Shown: positions 1-9,438 of the stretch, one piece after another
How the letters are laid out: the number at the start of each line of letters is the position of its first letter
Numbering within the stretch: position 1 is the stretch's first letter
Source of the DNA: an uncultured Alphaproteobacteria bacterium
GTDB taxonomy: Bacteria > Pseudomonadota > Alphaproteobacteria > Rs-D84
Reading direction: 5' to 3'
DNA length: 64,000 nt
Assembly (NCBI GenBank): GCA_947053455.1
Contig: CAMRSV010000001.1
Location: 177,010-241,009, forward strand
Position numbers and translations under genes: made by a program
Notes under the pieces: model-generated
Told to the model about the DNA's origin: nothing
The model's database searches: none
What the model saw: the letters and a program-made list of their open reading frames with translations, nothing else

Positions 1-1778
1 CACCCCATTCGTTTTGCGGCGGTAATCAGTTGTTGGTTGATGCCGCAACATGGAAAAGCCTGGAAATAGACGCGCCCATAAACGATGGTGGCGCATGTCT
101 GATTGATGTGTTGGATTTAACACGTACGGCGGCGGGCGGGCGCAAACTGCGTTCTTATTTGCGTATGCTGTCATCCGACCCTGATGAAATTCGCCGCCGT
201 CAAGAGCATATTGGCCACCTGTTGCTGAACCGTGATATTGCGGGCATGGCTTCGGTTACATTGTCGCGTTTGCCCGATGTGGGACGCAGTTTGACAAGAC
301 TATTGACGGGGCGTGGCGCACCGCGCGATTTGCGGCAGGTGGCGCGCTTTGTCACAGAATTGCCGAATGCAAAGATAATGGGTATGCGTTTGGACGACGG
401 CTTTATCGCACGTTTTAGCGAGATGAACACGCACGATGGGCTTGGTGCGGAATTAAATTCCGCCTTGTCCGATGAAATGCCGACATTTTTTCGTGATGGC
501 GGGGTAATTCGCGACGGATTTGACGCATCACTGGATCATATGCGACGCTTGGCTCATGGGGCCAAGGAAACTATTGCCACAATGCAGGCGGAATATGCCG
601 CGGCAACTGGGGTTTCAACCCTTAAAATTAAATATAATAATATCCTGGGGTATTTTATAGAGGTGCCAAGTGCCCGTGCGGACACGTTAATGGCGCCGGA
701 CGCGGGATTTATCCACCGTCAAACAATGGCGAACAATATGCGTTTTACAACGCCGCGCCTGATTGATTTGGACAATGACGTGCGCAGCGCCGCGGAAAGA
801 GCCGCCGGTATAGAATCCGAAATTATCGCCGCCTTTATTGATAAGATACGTGCGTGCGCGGACGATTTGCTGGGGGCGGCGGATTTGCTGGCCGATGTTG
901 ATGTATGGTGCGCATTGGCCGAATGTGCGGCGCAGTATGAATGGGTACGTCCGACAATAACAGATAACAACGAATTTGATGTTATCGGCGGCCGGCATCC
1001 GGTTATTGAATGGGTTCTGCGCCCGCGCGGTGACAACTTTGTTAAAAATGACTGCAATTTAAATGAAATGCCGATTGCATTATTGACCGGGCCGAACATG
1101 GCCGGTAAATCCACATACCTGCGCCAGAATGCGTTGATTGTGGTTTTGATGCATTTGGGGTCTTTTGTACCGGCCGCGCGCGCCACAATTGGAATTTGTG
1201 ACCAATTGTTTAGCCGTGTTGGCGCATCGGACAATTTGGCGGCGGGTCAATCAACGTTTATGGTTGAAATGAGTGAAACCGCCAACATTCTGCGACGTGC
1301 AACGGATAAATCATTTATTATCTTTGATGAAATTGGCCGCGGTACCGCCACATATGACGGAATGGCAATTGCACAGGCGGTGTTGGAATTCTTGAACGAA
1401 ATGCGTCCGCGTACGCTGTTTGCAACCCATTACCATGAATTAACGGCATTGGCCGGTATGGGGCCGGGTAAACTGAATAGCGTTACGTGTCTGACGATTG
1501 ATGTGCGTGAACACAACAATGAAATCATTTTCATGCATAAAATAATACCGGGCGTTGCCAGCCGTTCTTATGGAATCCAGGTTGCAAAAATGGCCGGCAT
1601 GCCGGAGGCTGTTGTTGCGCGCGCACAACATGTCCTTGATTGTTTAGAGGCCGATAGCATATGCGCCCCGGCGCCCGATTTTGGCACGAAAAACCCGGTA
1701 AAAGCCGGCACGCGCACCACAAAAAATCCACATATTGCGGATAATAAACCCACCGCGCAATTGGATTTGTTCGGATAA
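1..1778 (+). CDS. mutS: DNA mismatch repair protein MutS, C-terminal ~580 aa; the 5' end lies upstream of the window
   Basis: The translation contains the MutS ATPase Walker A LLTGPNMAGKSTYLRQ and the conserved FATHYHELT and STFMVEMSE motifs. The ORF runs open to the window edge. Confidence 0.92.
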   Translation, partial: PHSFCGGNQLLVDAATWKSLEIDAPINDGGACLIDVLDLTRTAAGGRKLRSYLRMLSSDPDEIRRRQEHIGHLLLNRDIAGMASVTLSRLPDVGRSLTRLLTGRGAPRDLRQVARFVTELPNAKIMGMRLDDGFIARFSEMNTHDGLGAELNSALSDEMPTFFRDGGVIRDGFDASLDHMRRLAHGAKETIATMQAEYAAATGVSTLKIKYNNILGYFIEVPSARADTLMAPDAGFIHRQTMANNMRFTTPRLIDLDNDVRSAAERAAGIESEIIAAFIDKIRACADDLLGAADLLADVDVWCALAECAAQYEWVRPTITDNNEFDVIGGRHPVIEWVLRPRGDNFVKNDCNLNEMPIALLTGPNMAGKSTYLRQNALIVVLMHLGSFVPAARATIGICDQLFSRVGASDNLAAGQSTFMVEMSETANILRRATDKSFIIFDEIGRGTATYDGMAIAQAVLEFLNEMRPRTLFATHYHELTALAGMGPGKLNSVTCLTIDVREHNNEIIFMHKIIPGVASRSYGIQVAKMAGMPEAVVARAQHVLDCLEADSICAPAPDFGTKNPVKAGTRTTKNPHIADNKPTAQLDLFG

Positions 1779-1788
1779 AGGCAATAAA

Positions 1789-2667
1789 GTGGTGGCGGCA
1801 GGCGTATTCGTTTTGCTTGATAAGCCCGCGGGCATATTCAGTCGCACGGCGGGTGGCCGCGTGGCGCGTCTGATTGGCATTAAAAAATTTGGGCATATCG
1901 GCACACTTGACCCAATGGCGTCGGGTGTGCTGCCAATTGCGATTGGTGACGCCACAAAAATGATTCCCTTTGTAGAAGATACGGCGCCAGATGTCAAAGA
2001 ATACCTGTTTGGGGTTCAGTTTGGATTTGAAACCGATACGTTGGATATAACGGGTCGTGTAGTGCGTCGCAATGATATTATTCCGACCGCGGACGCAGTT
2101 CGCGGTGTATTGGCGGATTTTATCGGTGATTTAAATCAAATTCCGCCCGTATATAGCGCGGTGCATATCGCCGGACGCCGGGCATATGAATTGGCGCGCC
2201 GAGGTGACACGCCCGATATGCCGGCGCGGCGTGTGCGTATTGATGCGCTGGATTTGCTGGGGGTGGATGGCGCGTCGTTTCAATTTCGCATGCGGTGCGC
2301 GCGCGGGACATATGTACGTGCGGTTGCGCGTGATATTGCGGCAAAACTTGGCACAATGGCCACAGTTGACATGATACGTCGGACGATGACAAACGGTTTT
2401 TCGATAAAAAACGCCGTAAAACTTGATTTTCTGGAAAATCTGGTTAATAATGGGGGCGACATCGGGGCATACCTGATGGGAATGGATTTCGGACTGGGGG
2501 ACATTCCGGTCTTGAATCTGGACGACAATGCGGCCGAATTTTATAGAAACGGTGGCTTTGTTGATATGGCGGTGGCGGCCGGCCGGTATCGCGTGTATTC
2601 GGGTAATATATTTATCGGAATTGGCGTGGTTGACGGTGGTGTGTTGCGGCCAAAACGAACAATTTAA
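1789..2667 (+). CDS. truB: tRNA pseudouridine(55) synthase TruB
   Basis: The GHIGTLDPMASGVLPIAIGDATK catalytic-Asp motif is present. The most likely start is GTG at 1789, which has an AAGG ribosome-binding site and avoids overlap with mutS. The ORF track starts it at 1735. Confidence 0.88.
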   Translation: MVAAGVFVLLDKPAGIFSRTAGGRVARLIGIKKFGHIGTLDPMASGVLPIAIGDATKMIPFVEDTAPDVKEYLFGVQFGFETDTLDITGRVVRRNDIIPTADAVRGVLADFIGDLNQIPPVYSAVHIAGRRAYELARRGDTPDMPARRVRIDALDLLGVDGASFQFRMRCARGTYVRAVARDIAAKLGTMATVDMIRRTMTNGFSIKNAVKLDFLENLVNNGGDIGAYLMGMDFGLGDIPVLNLDDNAAEFYRNGGFVDMAVAAGRYRVYSGNIFIGIGVVDGGVLRPKRTI

Positions 2668-2685
2668 TAAAAAAAAGGAAAACAA

Positions 2686-2958
2686 ATGTCCGTTACAAAA
2701 GAAAAAAAGTCGGAATTGATTAAAGAATACAAAACGACCGAGGTTGATAATGGCGGTTCTGCTGCGTCCCAGGTTGCGGTTTTGACCGAACGTATTCGCA
2801 ATTTGACCGAACATATGAAGGCCAATCACAAGGATCAGCATTCAAAACGTGGGTTGTTGCTGATGGTTAACCGTCGCAAAAAACTGCTGGCGTATATCAA
2901 GAGAAAGAATGCAGCCGACTACGAAGAACTGATTAAAAAATTGGGTCTGCGTAAATAA
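2686..2958 (+). CDS. rpsO: 30S ribosomal protein S15
   Basis: The 90-aa product has the typical S15 sequence ([36 protein letters not shown]). It follows truB, as in the conserved truB-rpsO arrangement. Confidence 0.95.
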   Translation: MSVTKEKKSELIKEYKTTEVDNGGSAASQVAVLTERIRNLTEHMKANHKDQHSKRGLLLMVNRRKKLLAYIKRKNAADYEELIKKLGLRK

Positions 2959-2960
2959 TA

Positions 2961-2985
2961 AAATCCCCCGAATGGGGGATTTTTC
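2961..2985. terminator. Rho-independent terminator, bidirectional, after rpsO and the XRE gene
   Basis: The hairpin ATCCCCCGAATGGGGGAT is flanked by an A-run and a T-run. Confidence 0.8.
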
Positions 2986-3310
2986 ACTGCAACGCAGGAT
3001 TTGGCGCCTTATCAAATTTTTGTACTTTCTTCTGCAGGTCAATTACCTTGGTGTGCATATAACGCCATTGACGCGCCATATGATGATAATCCACCTGCAT
3101 CGCACGCGTATGCATCATCATCAACCCCATCGCAAATATCGTTTCCAATATATGCTTTGGAATCTCAACCTCGCCATTTTCAAATAGGGTTAGTTCTTCA
3201 CGGGTTATTTTTAGCATGCGCGCCGTATCATCGTGCAGCATTGATATGCTCTTGCGCGCATATTTTAATGCCTGTCCGATTTGCCATGCCTTCATTGTTA
3301 ATGCAGTCAT
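2984..3310 (-). CDS. XRE/Cro-C1-type helix-turn-helix transcriptional regulator
   Basis: The N-terminal HTH reads QIGQALKYARKSISMLHDDTARMLKITREELTLFENGE. The protein is 108 aa and stands alone on the minus strand. Confidence 0.7.
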   Translation of the reverse strand: MTALTMKAWQIGQALKYARKSISMLHDDTARMLKITREELTLFENGEVEIPKHILETIFAMGLMMMHTRAMQVDYHHMARQWRYMHTKVIDLQKKVQKFDKAPNPALQ

Positions 3311-3375
3311 TTTTTACTCCATGTTTTTGATTAAACAAAACCGTTTGGAAAAACCAAACGGCTGGAGGCTAGAAA

Positions 3376-3388
3376 CTATGTAGCATAG
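3376..3388. promoter_or_regulatory. Perfect palindrome CTATGtagCATAG, a candidate operator of the adjacent XRE regulator
   Basis: The 13-bp dyad symmetry lies about 70 bp upstream of the XRE start codon (minus strand). Confidence 0.4.
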
Positions 3389-3512
3389 TGTTGCTTATTC
3401 AATATATTCGCAACCCTCCAACCAATGGAGTAATGTTTTAAGTCATTTCTGACTGCTACCAAGGTTTTCTAGACCCTGCGCCGGTTTCCCTTTGCGGTAT
3501 GAATTATAGCAT

Positions 3513-3547
3513 ATAAAAATCCCCATGCAAATTTAATTTGCACGGGG
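3513..3547 (-). terminator. Rho-independent terminator downstream of the BamB-like gene
   Basis: The hairpin CCCCATGCAAATTTAATTTGCACGGGG is followed by a T-run on the minus strand. Confidence 0.75.
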
Positions 3548-3568
3548 TGTGATTTATGAAAATATCGG

Positions 3569-4297
3569 CTATTTTATTTCCGTACCGGTTTCGGCGTTAA
3601 ACGTTTGTTTGCCGACTGTGACGATTTTATTTGCGTATTTAACCGCATCCTGCGTCTTTATGGGACGCATCCAGTATGCCGCCCCGTCACTGGTGCGCAA
3701 TGCGTAAAGATTGCCATCCGTCGCCGCGACAAATGCCGCGTCCCCCGCAATTTCAAACGCGTGTGCCGTTCCAATATTTGCACACCATTTTTTTGCACCT
3801 GTTTTTGGATTAATACGACAGAACGCATCCCCCAGGCCGCCTGCATACACTGCGCCGTCAAATACGCGTATCGGGGCAATAATATCCAATACGGATGCGC
3901 CGCCGGTCATATTGCTGGGGCGGTAAATATCGGCAACCCATGCGACATCGCGTGTTTTGCCGTTAACCTTTACCAATTCACCGGTGGTAAGTCCCGCGTA
4001 TATAAATGCATTGTCACAAACAGGGCTTTGCACACTTTTAACGGAATTGCTGGTTGGAAATCCACTAAAGATCTTTTTATCGCCGCGCCAGATGACATTT
4101 GACGCGTCCTGCCGGTATGGGCAGTCGGTGTTTATTGACTTTGTCGCGTCGTGTGGTAGATTTTCAATTTCCTGATTTAGGATTTTTACGCGTCCCGCGT
4201 CAAAAATATCGGTGCGAATTCCCGGTAAAATCGGGTCATGTTTGGCGCATCCCGTGACGGTTAATGCACACAATGCGAACAATATTGATTTACGCAT
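3569..4297 (-). CDS. PQQ-repeat beta-propeller lipoprotein, BamB-like but short
   Basis: It has a lipoprotein signal (LTVTGC) and PQQ-like repeats (DGAVYAGGLGDAFCRINPKTGAKKW, DGNLYALRTSDGAAYW). It lies downstream of a YfgM-like gene, as in the yfgM-bamB-der operon. At 242 aa it is shorter than canonical BamB. Confidence 0.6.
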   Translation of the reverse strand: MRKSILFALCALTVTGCAKHDPILPGIRTDIFDAGRVKILNQEIENLPHDATKSINTDCPYRQDASNVIWRGDKKIFSGFPTSNSVKSVQSPVCDNAFIYAGLTTGELVKVNGKTRDVAWVADIYRPSNMTGGASVLDIIAPIRVFDGAVYAGGLGDAFCRINPKTGAKKWCANIGTAHAFEIAGDAAFVAATDGNLYALRTSDGAAYWMRPIKTQDAVKYANKIVTVGKQTFNAETGTEIK

Positions 4298-4324
4298 GTT
4301 TTATTCCGTTTGTTTTTGGTTTCT

Positions 4325-4984
4325 TTAACGTAATGCCTCGGCCGTACCCTTGATTGAGGCGGGTGCGTCGGCGTCTGTGATTATTTTATCCAGCCATTTG
4401 TTGGCGTTTGCCCGGTCGCCCCCGGCCAGGTATTTTTGCGCCACAATTAAGCGTCCTGTAAAATAAAACGGTGATTTTTTTGTGTTCAAATCCGACAGGT
4501 ATTCTTCCATTTCAGCAGCTGTCATGTCGTCGCCGCGCATTGCCGCGATATGCAACCGCGCCAGGTCGCGAAAATCACGTGTGTTTCCCGAATTGGCCAG
4601 TTTTTCAAGTTTTTCCATATCACCATCTAGCAGATATGATTGAAACAGCGCCAAATCCGCCGTTGCGCCCGATGTGTTTTCGCCAATTGCCGCCAATGCC
4701 GGCGCATCCACGGACAGCAGGGCTGCTTCGTAATTTTGGGCAGTGGCGATTTTTTGTGCGCGGTGTGTGCGCAAGCCGATTTGAACTGCCACGGCCACAA
4801 TCAATAGCGCAATCGCCGCCCCAGCCAGATACCGACCATATTTCTTGATAAACGCCATTGTCTTTTCGTTATTAACATCTTCCCATACTTCGCGGTACAG
4901 TGCGTCTTCGGCGTATTCTTCGCGTGTTTTCTTGTGCGGTTTTTGTGCTTTTACGTTTTTATTTCGTTCCAGAATCGTTGCCAT
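4325..4984 (-). CDS. YfgM-like membrane-anchored TPR protein (ancillary SecYEG translocon subunit family)
   Basis: It has an N-terminal TM helix followed by a TPR-like domain and sits upstream of the BamB-like gene. The start at 4984 has an AGGAGA ribosome-binding site. The track ORF extends to 5077. Confidence 0.55.
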   Translation of the reverse strand: MATILERNKNVKAQKPHKKTREEYAEDALYREVWEDVNNEKTMAFIKKYGRYLAGAAIALLIVAVAVQIGLRTHRAQKIATAQNYEAALLSVDAPALAAIGENTSGATADLALFQSYLLDGDMEKLEKLANSGNTRDFRDLARLHIAAMRGDDMTAAEMEEYLSDLNTKKSPFYFTGRLIVAQKYLAGGDRANANKWLDKIITDADAPASIKGTAEALR

Positions 4985-5038
4985 GGAAAATTCTCCTGTG
5001 CTTGATAATTGATATTTTATTGCTATACTATAAAAGTT

Positions 5039-5947
5039 ATGAAAAAGCAAATCAAGAACGCTTTGCCGGTTGCCCAAAATAGTTTGCCCGCGGTGGGGGC
5101 GGTGGGCGCGGATGCGTCGTTGGCGCGCTATATCCAGACTATTCAGAAATTTCCAATCTTAACCGCCGAAGAGGAATATGAATACGCCAGCCAATGGGTA
5201 AAAAATCAGGATAAAATCGCGGCTGAAAAATTGGTGGCAAGTCACCTGCGGCTGGTTGTATCCGTGGCGTATGATTTTAAAAATTATGGAATACCGGTCA
5301 CTGATTTGATTGCCAGCGGGAATATGGGGCTGATGCAGGCGCTACAGAAATTTGACCCAGAAAAGGGGTTCCGTTTTTCCACATACGCCATGTTCTGGAT
5401 TCGCGCCGAAATTTATGAAACCATATTGAATAATTGGTCGATTGTTAAAATCGGTACGTCCGCAAATCAAAAGCGTGTGTTCTTTAACCTGTCGCGGGCA
5501 AAGCGTGCGTTGGGGATTATGGATGCGAACCTGTCGGATGAGCAGGCGCGGCAAATTGCCGAATATCTGGACGTGCCGGAAAACGATGTCCGTCGTATGG
5601 CGACGCGCGTTGGCGCACGCGATGTGTCGTTGAACGCGCCCATGCACAGTGATGACGGCGTCGCCCGTGACATATTATCTAATTTGCCCGATTCCCACAC
5701 CAATATAGAAGAAATGGCAGAGAACATGGAATTTCGCCGCCGTGGGTATGATTTGCTGCGTCGGCATTTGGCGGATTTGCCGCCGCGCGACCGTGAAATT
5801 TTAACCGCGCGACGCCTGACCGAGCCTGTTTCGACACTAGAATCACTGGCCCAGAAATACGGTATTTCGCGTGAACGGGTACGCCAGATAGAAGAACGCG
5901 CATACACAAAACTGCGTGACGTAATATTAAAAGAAACCCAAGGTTGA
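5039..5947 (+). CDS. rpoH: RNA polymerase sigma-32 (heat-shock) factor RpoH
   Basis: Sigma-70 regions 2 and 4 are present, as is the RpoH-box-like segment QKRVFFNLSRAKR. The start is ATG at 5039. Confidence 0.88.
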   Translation: MKKQIKNALPVAQNSLPAVGAVGADASLARYIQTIQKFPILTAEEEYEYASQWVKNQDKIAAEKLVASHLRLVVSVAYDFKNYGIPVTDLIASGNMGLMQALQKFDPEKGFRFSTYAMFWIRAEIYETILNNWSIVKIGTSANQKRVFFNLSRAKRALGIMDANLSDEQARQIAEYLDVPENDVRRMATRVGARDVSLNAPMHSDDGVARDILSNLPDSHTNIEEMAENMEFRRRGYDLLRRHLADLPPRDREILTARRLTEPVSTLESLAQKYGISRERVRQIEERAYTKLRDVILKETQG

Positions 5948-5950
5948 TAT

Positions 5951-6970
5951 ATGAAAGCCAATATATGTTTTATGGCCGCCCTTTTTGCGGCGTACGCGGT
6001 GCCTGCCAATGCAATTGAGTTTGAAACGGGGCGCGCAAGTCTGCGAATATCCGGATATGGCACGGCGGGCATGATTGAACCGGATTTTGATAAGCCGGAT
6101 TTTATTGGCGATTTTCGCGCACGCGCGCAATTTGATTACCGTGTGACAAACGCATATTCCTTTGGCGCCGTGTATTCAATTGATGCGGCGGCATTGGATG
6201 AAGACCGCCCCCTGCGCGAGGCGTTCGGTTTCTTTGACGCACGCGGTGTTGCACGCATGGAAGTGGGGGTTATGGATTCTATTGCACGAAAGCTTGGGTT
6301 GGGGCTGCCGGATGTTGGTGGGCTGCGCGTTAATGATAAGCCACTTTTTTATAAAAAAATTCACGCCGACGGTCCTGTTATTGCAGATACTATTCTGACC
6401 ACTGGGCGGCGGGCATTGCGCCTTAATTTGGCCAGTGCGCAAATGGGCGCCATGCAGGGCGGTGTATCGTTCGCAGGGGGAACGGATGATTTTGATTATG
6501 CGGTGGACATGGGGCTTAAAATAAAAAGTTCGGCCGGCAAGACAAAGACGGCGTTTTCGTTCGCTGCGTCTTTTATGGAACGTCCCGACAATTACCGCAC
6601 GGACAATTACACCTCGCGTATTACTGCCGATTGGCGCGCCCAAGCGTCTGTTGGAATGAACCTGCAGTACAACAGTTGGGTTTGGGGGCTGAACGGGCGT
6701 GCGATATATGATAAAAAACCTGTTGGACGCGCCGCGGATGGATTGGCACTGGGTACCGGGGTCAGTTATGATATTTTGAATTACAGTGTATCATTATCTT
6801 ATATCTTTTCTGATACCGGGATTTGGCACAAAGACGCGCCCGATTACACAGACCATACGGTTGTCGCATCTTTTAGATATAAATACAGTGAAAATGTGGA
6901 CGGATGGATGTCAATCGGTATGACGACCGAAACGCCGTTTGTTGCGGCCGGAATGCGGATAGCGTTTTGA
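5951..6970 (+). CDS. Outer-membrane beta-barrel porin-like protein
   Basis: It has a signal peptide ending ANA|IE, alternating amphipathic strands and a C-terminal aromatic Phe (AAGMRIAF), which is typical of outer-membrane beta-barrel proteins. Confidence 0.65.
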   Translation: MKANICFMAALFAAYAVPANAIEFETGRASLRISGYGTAGMIEPDFDKPDFIGDFRARAQFDYRVTNAYSFGAVYSIDAAALDEDRPLREAFGFFDARGVARMEVGVMDSIARKLGLGLPDVGGLRVNDKPLFYKKIHADGPVIADTILTTGRRALRLNLASAQMGAMQGGVSFAGGTDDFDYAVDMGLKIKSSAGKTKTAFSFAASFMERPDNYRTDNYTSRITADWRAQASVGMNLQYNSWVWGLNGRAIYDKKPVGRAADGLALGTGVSYDILNYSVSLSYIFSDTGIWHKDAPDYTDHTVVASFRYKYSENVDGWMSIGMTTETPFVAAGMRIAF

Positions 6971-6985
6971 TACGCATACATAATT

Positions 6986-7017
6986 AAAAATCCCCGTTTC
7001 CGGGGATTTTGTTTTTT
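6986..7017. terminator. Bidirectional rho-independent terminator between the porin gene and the TPR gene
   Basis: The hairpin AAAATCCCCGTTTCCGGGGATTTT is followed by a T-run. Confidence 0.8.
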
Positions 7018-8005
7018 AGTTTAATTCTGAAATCAATCCTTCTAAACGTTCAACTGTTTCCGTATCATTTAGTGCGGTTGCAATTGTTCGTGCGGATTCC
7101 AAATCACTACGGGCGGCGGCGATGTTACCCAATTGCAGGTTCAATGCCGCAGATTTTTCAAAATAGCCCATTGCGCGTGCGGATTGCGCCTCACGTGCGT
7201 CCATTGTTGCAGTGCCCTGGATTTGTTCGGAAATAACGCGTACGGCTGATTCATAGTCACTGATTGCGGCCGCATAGTTACCAAGGGCGGTGTATGCCTC
7301 GGCACGTTCTGCATAAACCGACGGGTTAACAACGCCGTCTGGTCGTGCCAACGAATTTGTATAATCGGCAACCGCGCCATCCCAGTTCTTTAGCCACAGG
7401 TTTAATTGACCACGTTTTGCATACAGGTCGCGCAGTTGCAGTATGCTGTCCGGGTTTGATGCGACCGATGCCAGTGCGTTGTTTATATCGTTCAATGCAG
7501 CGTTATAGTCTTCTAATCTGGTGTTTAGTAACGCACGATCATAATATGCAACGCCATTGGTTGCATCGTTTTCAATCGCTGTGTTAAAGTCGTTTAACGC
7601 CGCACGGTAATTGCCCGATTGCATGTATATTTCACCACGCAGTATATATGCGTCGTTTGTTGCATTATTTGCCTCAATCGCGGTGGTAAGTTCCGCAATC
7701 GCGCCATCCAAATCCCCGTTTAGCATTTTCGATTTGCCAGAATTATAATAGTCGTTGCCCTGCATCAGGGTTTCTTCTGCAACGGGTGCATTTGTTTTTG
7801 TTAAAACGCCATGGCTGCGTCCCAGAATATAGAACGTTGCCGCGATAAAGAACAAAATTATAAACCAATATATATAAATCGACAGCGACCATGGGTTAAA
7901 GCATGGTTTGGCGGATTTGCATGGTGCCACGACCGGTTTTGCAGCCTGCGTCTTGGGGGCGCCACGTTTTGCCTTTGAATTTTTGGCTGTGGTATTTTTT
8001 TTCAT
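7016..8005 (-). CDS. Membrane-anchored tetratricopeptide-repeat protein
   Basis: It has a Lys-rich N-terminus, one TM helix and multiple TPR units (AYYDRALLNTRLEDYNAALNDINNAL and similar). Confidence 0.65.
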   Translation of the reverse strand: MKKNTTAKNSKAKRGAPKTQAAKPVVAPCKSAKPCFNPWSLSIYIYWFIILFFIAATFYILGRSHGVLTKTNAPVAEETLMQGNDYYNSGKSKMLNGDLDGAIAELTTAIEANNATNDAYILRGEIYMQSGNYRAALNDFNTAIENDATNGVAYYDRALLNTRLEDYNAALNDINNALASVASNPDSILQLRDLYAKRGQLNLWLKNWDGAVADYTNSLARPDGVVNPSVYAERAEAYTALGNYAAAISDYESAVRVISEQIQGTATMDAREAQSARAMGYFEKSAALNLQLGNIAAARSDLESARTIATALNDTETVERLEGLISELN

Positions 8006-8034
8006 AATAAAAACTCCCTTCCTTGAAATTAATA

Positions 8035-8730
8035 TTAGTGGGTTTTTAGTATTGCGTCAATATCTTTCTGTGGAATGCGGCGAATTTGTCCGGGGGCTAA
8101 ATCGCCAATTTCAATGTTGCCAAATGACACCCGGTGCAGTTTCTTTACCGGTGCACCCGCCGCGCGCAAGGCAATGCGGATTTCATTCTTTTTCCCTTCG
8201 GTTACGGTCACGCGCAAATCACCGTTTTTCATTATGGATATTTTCATGGGCTTGTATTTTATTCCATCAACCGTTATACCGCGCCGAACCAAATCCAAAT
8301 TTGACGTGTCGCCCCCAACGCGCGCAATATATGTTCGCGGTATTTCGGATGTTGGCAACGTTAGACGTCGTGCCGCGTCCCCGCTATTGGTCAACAGAAT
8401 CAGTCCCGTTGTTTTGAAATCCAGTCGTCCGATGTATTTCAAATGTCGGTATTTTTCAGGTATGACGTCATATATGGTTGGCCGCCCCATCGGGTCACGC
8501 GTTGTTGTCATTGTGTTTATTGGTTTGTTGAACGCAAATATTTCAATGTTTTTCGCGCGCCGTATTTCACGTCCGTCGACAAATACATGTGCCGTGTCGT
8601 CGACTAAAAATGCGGGCGTCGTGATGGTGACGCCGCCCACCGAAACGCGGCCGTCCGCTATCATTTGTTCGGCGCCGCGCCGTGATGCAACGCCGGCGTC
8701 TGCGATAAATTTTGCAATTCTTATATTCAT
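8035..8730 (-). CDS. Pseudouridine synthase, RsuA/RluB family (S4 domain plus catalytic domain)
   Basis: An S4 RNA-binding N-terminus (IAKFIADAGVASRRGAEQMIADGRVSV) is followed by the catalytic Asp motif IGRLDFKTTGLILLTNSGD. Confidence 0.8.
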   Translation of the reverse strand: MNIRIAKFIADAGVASRRGAEQMIADGRVSVGGVTITTPAFLVDDTAHVFVDGREIRRAKNIEIFAFNKPINTMTTTRDPMGRPTIYDVIPEKYRHLKYIGRLDFKTTGLILLTNSGDAARRLTLPTSEIPRTYIARVGGDTSNLDLVRRGITVDGIKYKPMKISIMKNGDLRVTVTEGKKNEIRIALRAAGAPVKKLHRVSFGNIEIGDLAPGQIRRIPQKDIDAILKTH

Positions 8731-9380
8731 TTGTTTATTTTCATTATAGCTACCGCCGCCGCCAGTTCCGCGCGCAGTATTGTGCGCCCCAGTGACATGC
8801 CCTGGGCGTGCGCCGCGTCCAATGCGGCAAATTCTGCATCGGAAAAACCGCCCTCGGGTCCGACAAGAATTGAATTTGCATTGATATTTGCCGTTAAATC
8901 GCGCCCGTACGCGGCGCGTTCGTCCGCAAATGCAAGTCGTGATAAATCCAAATCTGCAAATTTTACCGGTTGTGCTATTTCCGGTACGCTGTTTCTGTTT
9001 GATTGTTCGGCGGCCTCAATCGCGATTTTTTTCATGCGATTCCAGTTTATGTGGTGCGCGGTTGTGCGTTCTGTTATTACGGGGACAAATCGCGCCGTGC
9101 CCATTTGCGTTGCCATATTTATCAAATCATCGGTCTTTTTTATCGGTGCAAAATAAAGCGTTGCATGTCCCGACGGGTCGGTGTGCGTCGTTTGTGCCCC
9201 TATAATAAAGCGCCGCCCGTCGGCAGAAAGCACCGCGTTAAATTCACGCCCCGCCCCAAACGCCAGAAAGTTGTCAGTTCGCATAACGCGCCGCAGGTAG
9301 TGCGCCGCATCATCACCGGCCGGCAATTCCATGTTTTCATGCAAATCGTTTCCGATAAAGATACGTGGAATATTTTTCAT
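8727..9380 (-). CDS. rsmE: 16S rRNA (uracil1498-N3)-methyltransferase RsmE
   Basis: The RsmE/SPOUT C-terminal motif ILVGPEGGFS is present. The gene overlaps the preceding pseudouridine synthase gene by 4 nt. Confidence 0.8.
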   Translation of the reverse strand: MKNIPRIFIGNDLHENMELPAGDDAAHYLRRVMRTDNFLAFGAGREFNAVLSADGRRFIIGAQTTHTDPSGHATLYFAPIKKTDDLINMATQMGTARFVPVITERTTAHHINWNRMKKIAIEAAEQSNRNSVPEIAQPVKFADLDLSRLAFADERAAYGRDLTANINANSILVGPEGGFSDAEFAALDAAHAQGMSLGRTILRAELAAAVAIMKINK

Positions 9381-9438
9381 AATATTTTTTTAATTCCTGA
9401 TTTATAATTGGCTTTTTTTCTGATATAATCATAACACA

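Noticed and set aside
5467-6072. A 201-aa minus-strand ORF
   Set aside because: It is antisense to rpoH and the start of the porin gene. The Arg/Ser-rich composition marks it as a shadow ORF.
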